A stretch of DNA of 63,985 nt, the filler included, from Reticulomyxa filosa (Eukaryota; Protista; Foraminifera): the NCBI GenBank assembly GCA_000512085.1. It is 19 parts of 19 records of this genome, joined end to end, with 100 filler letters (N's around TTAATTAATTAA, not from the genome) between each part and the next. Parts side by side here need not be neighbours in the genome. Positions count along the whole stretch, not along the records: positions 23,769 to 26,587 come from ASPP01025469.1; positions 26,688 to 29,239 come from ASPP01003779.1; positions 29,340 to 46,110 come from ASPP01003961.1; 16 more parts are not named here. One strand, 5' to 3'. This document shows, piece after piece, positions 24,090 to 38,100 of the stretch. Below the pieces are notes generated by a model. The model did not search any database. It saw only the letters and a list, made by a program, of their open reading frames with translations, and was not told the origin of the DNA. Within the stretch, counting starts at the first letter, position 1. Every line of letters begins with the position of its first letter. Position numbers and translations under genes: made by a program.

Positions 24090-24940
24090 TTTCTCAACCA
24101 AATAGATCACAAAGAAATTCTAACTTTTAATTTAGGAGAAACAAAATTTTTGAGGCAGTTTGAACTGTGAAAAAAACTGACAAAAGTTTCAGTTTCAGAA
24201 ACAAATAAATCACTGTTCATTGTTGTATGTTTACATATTTTTGGCAATGTGTTCCGTTGATTTTGATTGTGGAAAAAAAGACTTCAAATTCTTTATCTAA
24301 AAACTTAGCTTTTGAACAAAACTTGGGTGAGTTTGAAATGCTCATAAATAGTTATTTGCTACCAACAAAGAATGTCTTCATTCAAAATACTCGCGATTAT
24401 TTTTATTTGCATCTTTAAAAATCTAATAATTTAAGGAAATACATCTTAGGAATTGAAGAACTATTGCGTTTAATTATTTCAACAGCACCACAGACCTTTA
24501 AAATATTGTATTAAATGTCTTGGCACTCACACAAATGATTTATACAACAATTTAAAAAAAGTTATGTGAAGCGAAAGCGAACATAGAGTCAAATGGTGGA
24601 AGAAAAAAAAAACACTCATTCCTGATCCAAGGAGCTTGTGACCAAAAAAAAAACGTAAAAAAAATAAAAAAGGAGACACAAAACAATGTTTTTTTTAAAA
24701 AAATCCCCCCTCTCTTTTCAGCACCATGCCCTTCCCTCAAGTCTTTTACCATCTTTTGGTTTTTCTGGAGTTATAAAAATGTACACATCACATAATTACA
24801 TTTTTATGTAAACAAAAAAAAAAATAGCGGAAAAAAAGACAAGGTTTGTAAACAAAAAGCATTTGAGACTGTTCTTTTAGAATCATTCATTTTTTTTATT
24901 GGTAATTATTATCTTTCGTCCCTTCATATTATTATTTGAT

Positions 24941-26455
24941 TTATTCTTCCATTTTTTCTTCCACCATTTCAACTTGCTTCTTGTAGTAATCATCCAATAA
25001 TTGTTTATCTTTTTGATGTTGTCTTTTTAATTCATTCCATGAAGCAATAAGTTCTGATTTTGACATAGAAGAGGGAATAACCAATTCAGTAAGCAGGGCA
25101 CCACTTCCTTCGAATATTGATTTCACTTCTATGACTTCAAAAAAGTATGTTAAGAACAAAAGTTTATATAAACTATATAAATTTCATAATAATTATTTAT
25201 ATTATCTTATATTGTTTAACTTTGTGTAGAATTAGCTCTTGGGGTTGATCGTTTAATGGGTGATGAAGGTACAGCACCTCTAGGGGAAACAGATTTTTTC
25301 TCACTGTTTAATTGTGGCAACTTATTGGTAGAGGATTGTGCTTTATTCACCAGCATTGTTCCATATTGTTCATTCTCCTCTTCCGCATCACTTTCTAAGT
25401 CACTTTTTTTTTTGTTTGTTCGTCGAATATCCATTACTTGTATGTCCATTTGAAGATACTCCACCAGCCTCTTCTTCTTCTTCTTCTTCTTCTTCTTCTT
25501 CTTTTTCATTGCTTTTTTTCTTTTTTTCCATTTGTTGGCTTTTCCATTACTGTTGTTGCATAGCGATCAGTATCATCATCGCTTCCACCCGCTTCATTTT
25601 CGTTTTTTTTCTCAAACACTACTGTCGCGCCATCATAACCTTGTTCTTCGTCTTCATTCTCGTTCTCTTCTTCGTTTTCTCCGTCTTCTTCTGCCTGTTT
25701 GATGTATGTTGTATGACCATTATATAATATATTTACATAATTCCTCGAGTAAATTACATCCCATTGAGCAATTTAAGTTGCACCCAATTGAAAAAGAAAA
25801 GTTACTTAAACGGGATTGGATTGAGGTTCATCTTCGTCTCTCATTTCTTTTCGTCGTTGGTCTAACAGTGGTTGCGCATGATATACCAATTCCTGGATCA
25901 CTCGCAGACTTTTTGCTTTTCGTATCCACCCATGCTTATCTCGACAAAAATCAAACAAACCCATTTTTTTTTTTTTTTCCCCTTCACATTCAAAACATAT
26001 AATATGTCATCCTAGAATGTGACTTGTTTTGTTTGGAGACAAAACTCGAAATAATTGTTGTGCAGAAGGCCTTTTTGTCGGATCTTTGACTAAGCAATTG
26101 GCAACAAAGTCATGAAACTCTTTGGAAAAGTTTTTGTCCTGTGGCAGTGTTGGAGGATTTGATTTGGGAATAGTTAGTACTGCCTTCAAAGGATGCAAAT
26201 TCCATAACGGCGCCTTTCCTGTTGCCATTTCAATAGCGGTTATTCCCAGAGACCATATGTCAACTTTTTGATCGTATTTTGTGTCGCTTTGGAATATTTC
26301 TATTTTTCAAAACACACATACTTTCAAACTGAAATTAAAAACCAAATCTTCAACACATTTTAATAACCAGGAGACATCCAATAAGGGCTTCCAATTTGTG
26401 TTGCCGCTTTGGCCACTGTATTTTCCAAGTTCTTTGAAACCCCGAAATCAGCTAT
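24941..26455 (-). CDS. STE20/GCK-type Ser/Thr kinase (MST/Hippo-like) with acidic linker and C-terminal SARAH-like helix; multi-exon, 5'-partial
   Basis: ADFGVS..TQIGSPYWMSP, YDQKVDIWSLGITAIEMATGKAP, PPTL..FSKEFHDFVANCLVKDPTKRPSA; last exon SMSKSELIASWNELKRQHQKDKQLLDDYYKKQVEMVEEKMEE. Confidence 0.88.
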
Positions 26456-26524
26456 TATTATTAGTTTTTTTTTTTTTTTTTGAAAAAAAAAAAGTGTCAT
26501 TCTTTTGAAAACTTTACGTATACC

Positions 26525-26560
<36 letters not shown>

Positions 26561-26687
26561 GACACATATTGACAAATCATTGTGAATNNNNNNNNNNNNN
26601 NNNNNNNNNNNNNNNNNNNNNNNNNNNNNNNTTAATTAATTAANNNNNNNNNNNNNNNNNNNNNNNNNNNNNNNNNNNNNNNNNNNN

Positions 26688-27855
26688 TCTTCATTTTCTT
26701 CATCTTCTTCATATTCTTTATCTTCCTCTTCTTCTTTCTCTTCTTCCTCTTCCTCCTCCTCTTCCTCTTCCTCTTCTTCTACTCTCAATTCGATTCCTTT
26801 CTTCATACCTTTTTCACTCAGCCATTCACTCAGCCATTCACTCACTTCAGTTTTGGTGTGTGTCGATTTGACTTCATTACCCCATCCTCCAATGATATGC
26901 ACATACGTGCTGTCTTCACTCAATATTGCAACACAATCAGACAATGGACTGGGTAAAGCATTTTGAAATGTCGTCCACTTGTTTTCTCGAATTGAATATT
27001 TGTGCATTGATTTTAAAATATCATCTGCAGGAAGACCAGCATTTAATCCACCAAAGAACAAGATCACATTATCGATACACACATATGCATATCCATTGAA
27101 TGGTGCAATATCATCACAAACAGGTATTTGATGAAATTGAAAAGTGTTGTTATCTTCATCATATTCAATTGATAATCCTGTCTTTTTACAAAATAGCATC
27201 ATTTCATTTTTTATTTTATTTTTTTTCCCTTTGTTTTTATCATTTCTTGTACTTGTCCATTTTCTGAATTTGATACAAAGCAATGATAACAAATTGAATC
27301 ATTAGTTGGTAAAGTATCATGTTTAATAAATTGAAATGTATTTAAATCAAACACACTAATATTATTATAAAAACAAGTGATAAATAACAAATTATTGTTG
27401 TTTCCACCAATTACTGCACGCACTCCTCTATAATCATCATTATCTCTTCCAATGATAATTGGATCTTTGTGACTGTCTGTGAAAGGAACCCATTCATTGC
27501 ATTTTTTTGATTTCTTCGATTCCTTTGATTTATTCATTTTATTTTCACTTTTGTCATTACTCCAAACACTTACATATTTCATCACCAGTGTATGTCTTTT
27601 CATATCTTTAGATCCACCAAAAGATAACAAAGTACTTTCATCATTTATTAGTTTTAATACACAGTGTCCCCATAATTCAACATCACTTGGATACTCACAG
27701 ATAAACTTGTATTCATTTTTGAGTGTATGATAAGAATAACAAGCTCTTTTTTGATAACCTCCACAAATAAGGAGTTCGTGTTTGTGTAGCACACATTGAG
27801 CTTGATCAAGTGGAGTGGGCAAGTCCTTCAAAGTTTGGAAGGCCTGGTTGCTCAT
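26688..27855 (-). CDS. Kelch-like beta-propeller protein of a lineage-expanded family; frameshift near 27215-27235; Glu-rich tail; 3'-partial
   Basis: FQTLKDLPTPL..QCVLHKHELLICGG, RAVIGG, ILFFGG, YVHIIGG; close paralog of 51709-52990. Confidence 0.85.
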
Positions 27856-30800
27856 GTTGTTAATGTTGAGGAACTATGACGTAATTTAGATTTTAAAAAG
27901 GAGATTAAAAAAAAGACGTTATAAAATTTTTTGGAGAGCACTACTCAAAAAAATAAAAATTATGATTTTTTTGGCCAAAAGATCGCAATGTCAATTGTGC
28001 CACCAATGGCATTATTATTGTCAACAAGATTATTTTTCAAAGTGCAGAATGTTTTTCAATACTGTAAAAGTCTTTGAAACATTGAAATTTAAATATATTC
28101 TTGAGCTAAAAAAATTTAGATATCGTTTTCCGAAAATAAAGCATACCAACTTAAAAACCATTTTGCTTAAGTTCACAAAGGAAAAAATCTATTGAACGAG
28201 AATTTAACAAAAAAGTTCTTTGATTGTTCCATATTTCAAAATCAATAATTACTCATGAATTCCCTTTCCTTATGAATGAAAAAGAAGGATTGTTGTTCTC
28301 CTTTTAATATCATTTTCACACTGGAATCACACTACAAAAGTGTACTGACAAGATTTTTGTGATGAAAAAATGTGATGTTGAATGTAAATGTTTTCATTTA
28401 GATTAGATTTGTTGACAGCTTTATAGTAAAAGAACCATTTGTTTTCGAAAGCCTCTTTTTGCATTGGTGCCGTCAATGTTGACCAAATAAAATCCTTTCA
28501 ATGTTTTAGACTTTGTTTGTTTGTCTGAAAATGTGGACGTTAGTTTCTTAAGATGATAAATTATCAATGTAATTTTTTTCCCTTTTTGTGTGGTGTATTT
28601 TGCTTTGAAGAAAAATCTGAACAATGCTTTGACAGAATTGGATGTTGCAATTAAACACATAAGAACAAACCAGTCACTTTATTTGTTTGATTTCAAACAA
28701 GTAGCAAGCAATTCAGTTGAAATCAATTGTTCTCAACACGAAGACATGGATAAGTATTGATTTCTGGAGAGAATTGTTTAAAACAATTTCTTAACAGTAA
28801 TAACATACATATCCTGTTCAGCCTCATAATGGTTATCAGTATTATTTAATCAAAAATAAAAAAAGGAATAAAAGAATAAAAAAATAGTTTACAACAAGTT
28901 AAGTTTGAGATATGATCAATCAAGGTAACATTATCAAATCTGGGTAAATTTTTATTCTCTTTTCTTGATTTGTTATCTTCAAGTATGTGCTGTTATCATT
29001 ATGTAGACATTAAAAAAAAGATTTCATTTTCAAAAATATGAAAAACTAAATGTTATATTTTTTTGTGAAAAAAATGTTGGTTGACAAGGAGCATTAACAA
29101 AAAATTCATGGAATCTTGTCCCTTGTGTTTTCATTAGATGTTATTGTTATCTTCCATTTTTGTAGTTTTGTATTTCAATCAAGCATTTTTTTTTAAATAC
29201 AAATATTCAAGAAAGACATTGATATAGAATATTATTTAANNNNNNNNNNNNNNNNNNNNNNNNNNNNNNNNNNNNNNNNNNNNTTAATTAATTAANNNNN
29301 NNNNNNNNNNNNNNNNNNNNNNNNNNNNNNNNNNNNNNNTAGTGCCATTTAGGTATGGCAGTTTTTTTTGCAATCTACTGTACGAGTAAGTTACTATACA
29401 TTTGTCAGTCTTTTCATATTAAGCTACGCTGCTCCTTGTTTGTTAAGACTGTCTCAAATGTCAATTAATAAGAGATCATTTTTATTAAAAACAAAAAACA
29501 CTTTTAAATAAAAACATAAAATAGTCCGACTTCGCAAAGAACACACATTTTCGGAGTTAAACAAAACGCTAGAATAAAACTTTTTTGTTTGACATATGCT
29601 GCAAACTATAGAAAGGTACATAGTCTATATTCAAATCAAAAAGAATACTTTTTATAAATGTTGTTAATAACAATGAAAAACTTTTTGACTTGTTGTTCTT
29701 CGGCCAAGTCCGAAATAACAAAGCAAAAAGCTCCAAACTAATAAAACAAGCTTTTACAATGAGTTTGAAAAAACAAAAGAAGTGATAAACGACAACAAAA
29801 AAAAGAGCGATCAGAACTTTGACCATAACTTAGAAATTTTATATTATTTATTTGTAGTTTTTTGAATTGATTTTGCATTAGTCCAACTAATCTCTTTCAG
29901 TAAAAAATTGTATTACTTGCACTATCCAAAAATTATTGAACAAAACTTAAAAAAATAAAAATTACAACAATGATTATTTATTTGAATGCAGTGTATTTTT
30001 ATTTAATAATAATATTTGATTAATGTTATCTGATAATATTATGGAAAATGTGACTTTGCAGATATATAAATTTCATATTTATTTATAGTATTTTCATTTA
30101 TTTAAATCTGCAGTCAACATTTAATTAGGCATCACAAAAAAATTGACAATTGTGCAATGGTAATAAGTATGCGCTTAAAATTTTATTTTTCCTGGCGCTT
30201 GGTTAATGATTTTTTCATTTATTGGTTCCTGCTGTGAGAGACTGGCCTACTGAAGACTTGCAAAGTGTAATAAGAAAAAAAATTCAAAAAAGTAAAATAA
30301 ATAGTTGGCTCAAAGAAATGAAATGATAACGGCAAGGACAAGAAGAGAAAACGAGTGAAACAATTGAAAGAAGTTAGATTTTAGAAAAAAAAGTAGCTCT
30401 ATTTCTCTGAGTTTCGCTGTTGTCAGAGCGACTTGTACTACATTGTTGTTTCATGGAAAAAACACTCTCTTTTTAGACAGGTAGCACTGTTTAGTGTCAA
30501 GGTTTAAGTGAACTTTGAAATCTCTCTTCCCAAAACTTCTCTACTAGCTTCTCTTTTTCTCTCGTTTTCTCGTTTTTTGTTGTCATTTATTCTGTCTGAT
30601 TTAATTTACTTGTTTTTTTATTGAACGGTCGCTCAGAGAACAATACCTTTTTGTACTACACGTTGTACCAGTCAGTACCCCCACAATATTTTTACTTCAA
30701 TAAATTATGTCAGTTACAATAAAAATTTGGTGTATGTGTTGTATTCACTATTTTAGCTGCAATTGAATTAACTAAAATTTATAACGTTTTAGTGTTAACA

Positions 30801-30999
30801 AAAAAAAAGACGCAAACTCTTTTCAATAGTTTTGACAGATATCTCCACGCTTTCAAAAAACGCCAATATGCTATAAAGCAAGAAAGACAGAACGATAAAG
30901 GATAAAAAAATAAAAAACCTTTTATTCAAGTTTTTAAAAATATCATTGTTTATGTTAAACAAGATAAAGTTGATATTTGATTGCACGAACAATTTCAGT

Positions 31000-33250
31000 G
31001 CTTTTTGAACTTGACAACATATAAAAAAAAGGGGTAAAATCCTCTCATGATGGCTGAGCCAGAAGAAAAAACGAGCAGTGACTTAGAAGAAAAAAGAAAA
31101 TTGTGCAGAAAAAGCAGTGATAGTGTTCGTGTAACAAAGTTCCTCTCTTTACAATGGCTTTGGACGCAGACCCCTCTGTTTGTTGGAAGGAGATAGTCAC
31201 AGCACAAAGTTAACAAAACAATGACTGAACAACGCACAAAAACATGCTGTGCGATGAACTAGAAAAATGTAATTGAAGGAAACCCAAAAAAAACACATTA
31301 CACAATAAATATTGTTTCGTCATGTTTGACGGACCAATTATACAAAAAGGTTTTGTACAAATTAGGAGTCCATTGTCCATGATCGAAATTTTAAACAAGA
31401 ATTCAACTGAAGAACATTTGAGAGCATACAAAATCATACAGTGTTGACAAAAAAAAATCTTAAAATTTCCCACGTTACACTCGCTTTTCTGCAATCTTTG
31501 CATTGAGTTTTTGTCCCAAAGTCTCTAATCCACGACTCATTGCTATTAAGTCGTCTGCACTGCAACCTCTAACTTGAGAATTCATTGAACGAATAAGCCC
31601 ATCTATTTTCAACAACAAAAAGTGTTGGTATATGGTAAAAATTCAGTTTTTTCAGGAATTACCAAATTCTGCCAGCAATATCTGTGTTGTTCTGTCCATT
31701 TTGTCTTCACGTTTGGTAGTTATGATTTCATTGTTCTGTACGTACCAGGCAGGATGCAGCAAAAAAAAAAAGACAAAAAATTATTTTCGCACTGTACATT
31801 AACAAATAACTATACAAATGTATTTCCTCTTTTTCAAAAACGAAAAATCCAAATTTGTTATCTGTACATGATACATGTTTTATTGTATAAACCTTATTTT
31901 TTTTGCGTGCAAATGTGGCCAATGCTTTTTTCGAATACTTGTCTTGAAATTCCACTAAGCGTTTGTTGTACAAATCCTTAGACATTATTTGTGTTGTGTA
32001 TTTTTTGCTATTTTGTTGAAACCCACTGAGTAATTTTTCCCTCCAAAAAAACAAACAAAAATCCCATAATGCTAATGCCCAAACTTCAAAAATTTTTTGT
32101 AGGTTATTCATCCCATTAATGTAATTTTCAAATTTGTCGAACTGCCTATAATTTTCAGGCAGATATTGATAGAAAACACCACTCAGTCTATGTTTGCTCA
32201 AGCTGTTGTGGCATATCAACGGAGTTTCCGCTGACCGGTTGTTAAGTTTAACATTCGAGCTCAACAGACAACACAGCACCTGTTCAATGACACAACAAGG
32301 AAGTTTACTTTGTTTGTTAGGTTGTATTATCTTGAAAAAAGATCAGTGTGTTCAAGCTTTTTTGTTAGGGGCTTGTGCGCAGTTGCGGAATTATTGTTTT
32401 TTTAGAGCAAAGCATGAAGGTTAAGTACTCAAACAAAAAAAAACGAGTAGGGGATAGCACAAAAAAACAAAAGAGAAAAATTCAAATAGAGTTTTTAAAC
32501 TGCAGCTTGGCATAACAAATAAAAATCATGTGCTTTTTCTTTATCTCTGGAAAACAGATGATAAGAAAACTCTTTGCAATACTGAATACTTTGTTGAATA
32601 AGTTGTGGAAAAACCTGTGTCGCCAATACAAACGCTCTTCTGCCATTGCACCAATTTTGAGCAATCTTCTTCAATTGCAATGAGCCTTGCTTTTTGGTGC
32701 TTCCAACTGAAGTTCCTTTCCAGTCGTTAATATGTTGAGTATACGTCTCTGGAGGGATGCATATTTTGAAATTATTTTCCAATAAGCTATCATTAATACA
32801 TAATGCTTGCATCGTTGAGCGAATACTCTTGTTTGATGCATTGTATGTATTGAAAATGATTTTGACCTTTGTATCTCTGTTGCTTTATACAACAATATCA
32901 GCAATACACAAACAAAAAAACTGCACCCCACCCAGTAAACATGTTTACTTGTTGCACCAGTTTGCTGGCAACGTAACACCTCATTTCGACGTTATGAATT
33001 TCTTTTTTCTATCAATTTTTTTTGTGATTTGCAATGTATTTGCATGTATGTACATTTTTCTTTGAATGTTTTCTCATTGTTTGTGAACAGTGTGCTACCT
33101 TAAGTTCCTCTTGAAGTTGCAGTACAAAAGACTTTTGTGTGCTGTCTGTAGATTGTGACAAATAATTCATTCTTTGCGCTGAATAGGGATTTGAAACGGA
33201 CGAATAACACACGAATTTGCAGTATCAGCTTCACTCCAGCTTTCTCCCTC
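31000..33250 (-). pseudogene. Long fragmented coding-like region of unknown family
   Basis: A chain of overlapping minus-strand ORF pieces (31210-31503, 31728-32279, 32495-32812, 32671-32979, 33012-33212) in shifting frames, with no motif I recognise. Confidence 0.3.
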
Positions 33251-33530
33251 GTTATTTTGAAAAAACTCACTTTCAAGTCTTGTTAGTTTTTTTTTCCCGT
33301 AAAAAAGTATCTTTTTCTTCGTTTTGTGACATTACTCTTTTCGTCTGCTATTTAGATTTTCAAATTGAATAGTACAAAAAAAAAAATAGAAATTGCAATG
33401 ATTCGAGAAATTATGCTATTTTTAAATCAACAAAAAAATCAAGAGCGCATCTTCGAGAGAGCCTCTTTGTGATTAATATTTTCTGTTATGACGTAAAGCA
33501 GGTCTTTGTTATTATGTCGAGGGGTAATTT

Positions 33531-33995
33531 TTACTTGGTTGGCAGCTGTTTAATATTTTTCATCACTTCCAACGCATCTGACATATTTACAATTCCAATG
33601 CATTCCAAAGTCATTTCATTAAAGTATTGCAAATGTTCACCTTTGAGCTCCTTCTTTTCGATTTTGGACTTATCAATTACATTAGAAAACTTGCCATTGC
33701 AAATCCAACATAGCCATCCTACAACATCCTCTGTAATCAATGTACATACGTTTACATTACACATGCATATTGTATTGTTATCGTTTGTTGTCTCTTTCAT
33801 TTATCAAGTCCCTATTTTTCTCTTCTGTGCTTTGTCCCAAATGTAACAAACAACACAAATTTCGGTACTTGTACTCCATGTCTTCCATTCTGATTCATCG
33901 AATGGATCCGTTTGTGTTGGTATTACTATCTCATCGTCTTTCTTTTCTATCGATACGTTGGTTTCAATCCCTACATGCATGATCATTCATTCACA
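33531..33995 (-). pseudogene. Degenerate RING-like zinc finger ORF broken near 33800
   Basis: ICVVCY ... ICMCNVNVC ... WLCWIC Cys pattern is split across two ORFs. Confidence 0.4.
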
Positions 33996-34106
33996 ATTGT
34001 ACCCTTGTTTTGTGTGGTCACACGTAGTATAACGACACAAACACACGAAATATGTGCATATAAATGAATAGAAATTATGGCGATTTTTCGCTCGTTATTT
34101 GTGATT

Positions 34107-34580
34107 TTAAAATATATTTTGCTGTTGCTTGGAAAAATGCTCACTTGGTACGGATGTCTTTCTTTGTAAAGAGGGGTGGCTGGTGTATGAATTTTTGTCT
34201 TTGAGCCAATGGATAATTGCTTCCGCACTTGCCAAGTTTGTTGCGAACGGAATATCATATAATTCACAAATGCGAATCAAAGCTTTGATATCCGGCTCGT
34301 GAGGTTGTGCGAACAATGGGTCCACCAAAAAGATCACTGCCAATACATTGATTTCATTATCGTTTACGACTTCACTAGCAATTTCAATATCACCTCCCAA
34401 AGGACCTGACTTTTTACATATTACGGTTAGGCCTGCTGACTCGTGTATTTTCGACCCTGTAGTACCGGTTGCAATTAACCTAAATTTTGATAAAAAATTC
34501 TTATGTTTAGTCGCAAATTTGATCATTTCTTCTTTTTTGCGATCATGAGCAATCAGTGCTATCGTGTCTAATTCGGTCAT
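34107..34580 (-). CDS. mgsA: Methylglyoxal synthase, bacterial type, intronless
   Basis: IALIAHDRKK, ATGTTG, SGPLGGD, IFLVDPL..QPHEPDIKALIRIC and IPFATNLASA; the MgsA active-site motifs are all present. Confidence 0.96.
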   Translation of the reverse strand: MTELDTIALIAHDRKKEEMIKFATKHKNFLSKFRLIATGTTGSKIHESAGLTVICKKSGPLGGDIEIASEVVNDNEINVLAVIFLVDPLFAQPHEPDIKALIRICELYDIPFATNLASAEAIIHWLKDKNSYTSHPSLQRKTSVPSEHFSKQQQNIF

Positions 34581-35126
34581 ATTTTCCAAAAAAAAATATG
34601 ATCAAACCAGGAGAAGTTCTAAAAACCGCTGTACCTGATACAATGGCAGAAGAAAAGTTGCTTAATTGAAAGACAAGTTTTAAATAAGAGATATACTGAT
34701 TAACACAGTAAAGAAAAAAAATCCAAAGTTAAATAAAAACTAACAATGACTAATCTTTTATATGTTTAATTCTTTTTTTTTTGTCATTCGATGTAGTGTG
34801 ATGTTTGATGAATCTAGTTAACGTTTCTTAAACACTTAATGATGTCACTGGCATTGATTTATGTAAGTAATTGGCCAAAAATAACTCAAAATATTGTTTT
34901 TTGATAGTTTACCAAAACTTTTTTTGTGATTTTACACTACTTTTTGACAAGAACTTGGACATCTTTGAAATCTTTTAAAAGTTGTTCTAACTTAGGTTTG
35001 GATCAAAGGAATCCAATTACTTTATATGTTATTGCAGTGTGTGAAAGAACACCATATAAATGATTTGGAAATAAGTGTAACTTGTGAAGGGTGTTTTGGG
35101 GTTTATTTCAAAACAAAAGAGCGATC

Positions 35127-38100
35127 ATGTCAGTTCAGCCCATATCAGTGAAAATTGCTCTGCTTGGTGAAAGTGTGGGAAAGTCCACATTGGTTTATTC
35201 GTATTTGAATAATGCTTTTCCGGATCTGCAATTACCAAATGTAATAGAGCAAGTCTTTCGTGCGCCTATTGAAGTAGGTGGCATCCCGTTTCTTCTTGAG
35301 ATACTTGACACACAAGGTGAATAAAAATGAGCAAAACATGGAAGAAAACTCCAAGTGGATGAGAGGGATAGGGAGAAGAGAAAAGCAAAAAAAAAAAACA
35401 AGACAAATGTTTTGACAAAATTCGAAACGATTTAGACATATCACATTTGGAGCATTCGAAGTTAAAAGAATTGGGAGATGTGATGGATATTCGAATACGA
35501 AGAAAGTCAAGCGTGGAAATGTTGTCCCCGTCATCAGCGTCGCAAAAAGAAATATCGTTTGATCAACATTTGATCCGTCGACGTTGGATCGAATACTGTG
35601 ATGTGGTAGTGCTGACATTTGATAGACAAGTGCGTTTTTCATATTCCTCAGTTACAAAACTACATCAATGCATAACGAACTATCATCAATATCGAGCAAA
35701 GACCAATTCCAGTTACTCTGCCGTGCCGATGGTCTTAATGTCAGCCCGAGAAGATTTGATTGACCCTGTAGTGCTTCAAAAAGACGAACCGACACCCACT
35801 TTTGTAGTTAATGCGAAACACATATACGCATACGCACATATACATACATATATGTATGTATATAAATTGTCCCTTCCATGTGATAATAAATAGAGCAACA
35901 AAGAAATTGAAAGCTATTGTGCAAAGGGCCAGCTTGTGAGTTATATGAGGACCAGCAGTAAAAACAATGAAAACGTTGGACAGTTGTTTGAGCATTGTGT
36001 TCGACAGTACTGTGCAGTCCATGACATTTCGTTAAAACCGGTGGTGACATCCATACCACGGACCAGTCGTACTAACAGTATAAACAACAATGCCACCACG
36101 AAGACGTCCAAGCGCTCTTCCTCATCTTTGTCATCAAAGCAACTTCAAAAGTTGAGAGAGGACGAATATCGACAACTTGCAAAAACGCAACATACTGAAG
36201 AGTCACAGAATATTCACAATAATTACAGGAGAATCAGTACAACCGCAATTAGTATCGAAGAAACCGACGACGAACTTGATACCAATATGGTACTAGTGGA
36301 TGTCGATCAAACCAACGAATCTCCTTCAACACCGCAGACATCAAAAGTTACTTTGAGGAAAAAAAAAAAAAAGAGTTTGTTTGTGCCATTCGTTTTATGT
36401 AAAAATGAATCATATATTTATAACATATATCAACATAATGATCATATATGCATATATATCGTGATACGTATACAATCAATGCGTGCGCGCCGAAACAATG
36501 GACTTGATATTGAATGATGAAATAGAACAAAACTGCAGAGTATTTGTGGGGAGGGTATTTGTGGAAGGTAGGCAAAATCTTTCACACGTGGAAATTGCGT
36601 TATTTCATTCTAACGAAAGATTTGCAATTAAAGTATTACACGACCAATGTCCTCACGTCTTCCAAAGGTTGCGCCGATTTGCGACCAGGCAATTTTGTGC
36701 GAATCGAAGTGCAAAATGATCTCCATGCTGTGAATCCAGATGGAACCAACGGCTATCCTTTTCAAATCATTTGCAAAGATCGAACCTGGAAATTTCGTGG
36801 ACGGACTTTGGAAGAACGAAACAACTGGGTCCAATCCATTCAAACTGCTGTCACGTTGCGTGTGTATTTCATCTGATATATATATATATATATTCTCTTT
36901 GTTTATCTTCTCTTCCTTTGAAATAAGTATTTTGTTCAATCATACAAATTAGATCGGAAAAAGAAAACCGTAAAAAAAAGGGAACTCGTAATTCGAGAAT
37001 CGATGTACACGGAGAAAGGACCGAATTAGTCGAAGGAAATAACGAAAGCGATGAGGAATTGAAAGAACCATTGGAATTACCGGATTACAATTGGCTGTAT
37101 GTGTTGGATGTTTATCAAGCGTGTAACATTCCTCGTATGGGTAATGATTTTGCAATTCCAAATGTATATGTCAAAGTCGAGTTTGTTACTGGAAAATGTG
37201 AAAAGGCTTACCGTACTGATATTGTCTATCAAACCAATCAGCCCATATTTAATTCCAAATTTATTGAGTTGAGTGAGCCCTCGAATTTCGAGCGTATTTT
37301 ATTAACTGTGTGTCACCGCTCCTCCACTCTCGCCGATCGAGTCCAAGATGATATCATTGGCTATTCACAAATCTTTATTCAGGTTTATTCCACATAAAAA
37401 AATATATATACATGTAGTGATGTAGGTACATATACCCTGCCAATTTGCCACAAGTGGGACCTTGTTCTTTTTTTTTTTTAAAAAAAAAGACGTTTACAGA
37501 ATACAACCAATTCATTTGGATTCCAATCGTCTCTTCATTACCCTCCCTTAATCGAGAGTTTGAGACCGACTCGCAACATTATGCAGGTTTTTTGCAAATT
37601 CGACTGTCGACACATTCGTTGCAAGAACTGATGGCAGCGAACGAAAGAAGGAGACTGGGATACACTTATTCGCATGTCCTAGCGGTGAAATTAAAAAGCT
37701 TTGAGCCTTTAGTGACAGAGGAAAGCAAGGAACACCATGACGAGCGTTTTGAACATGGTTTGAAACAATTTGCATGTCCAACTGCACAAATCGAATGGAG
37801 ACACGATGAAATTTTCTCCACTTCACAAGCGACCAAATCCATTGACGATCACAACAAAAACTTGTTTCATTGGAACGAATGGCATTTTATTTTCGTCAGT
37901 GGAATTGGCAGTGGAAATGAAGAAAAGGCGTCCAATCTTCGATTCGTTCTCATTGATGACGGTTTTGTTTTACATTTTTTTTATTATTATTATTGCAAAA
38001 AGTAGTATCGCTTTTTGGATATCACCAGTGATGGGTCTGTTTGTTATGCATCACAGAGCTGCAACCAATAAATGATACCATTGGAATATCTCAAATCGAT

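Noticed and set aside
25468-25503. (CTT)n tract, and similar tracts at 26690-26780, 47618-47660 and 47940-48010
   Set aside because: Ordinary microsatellites or Glu-rich low-complexity coding sequence.
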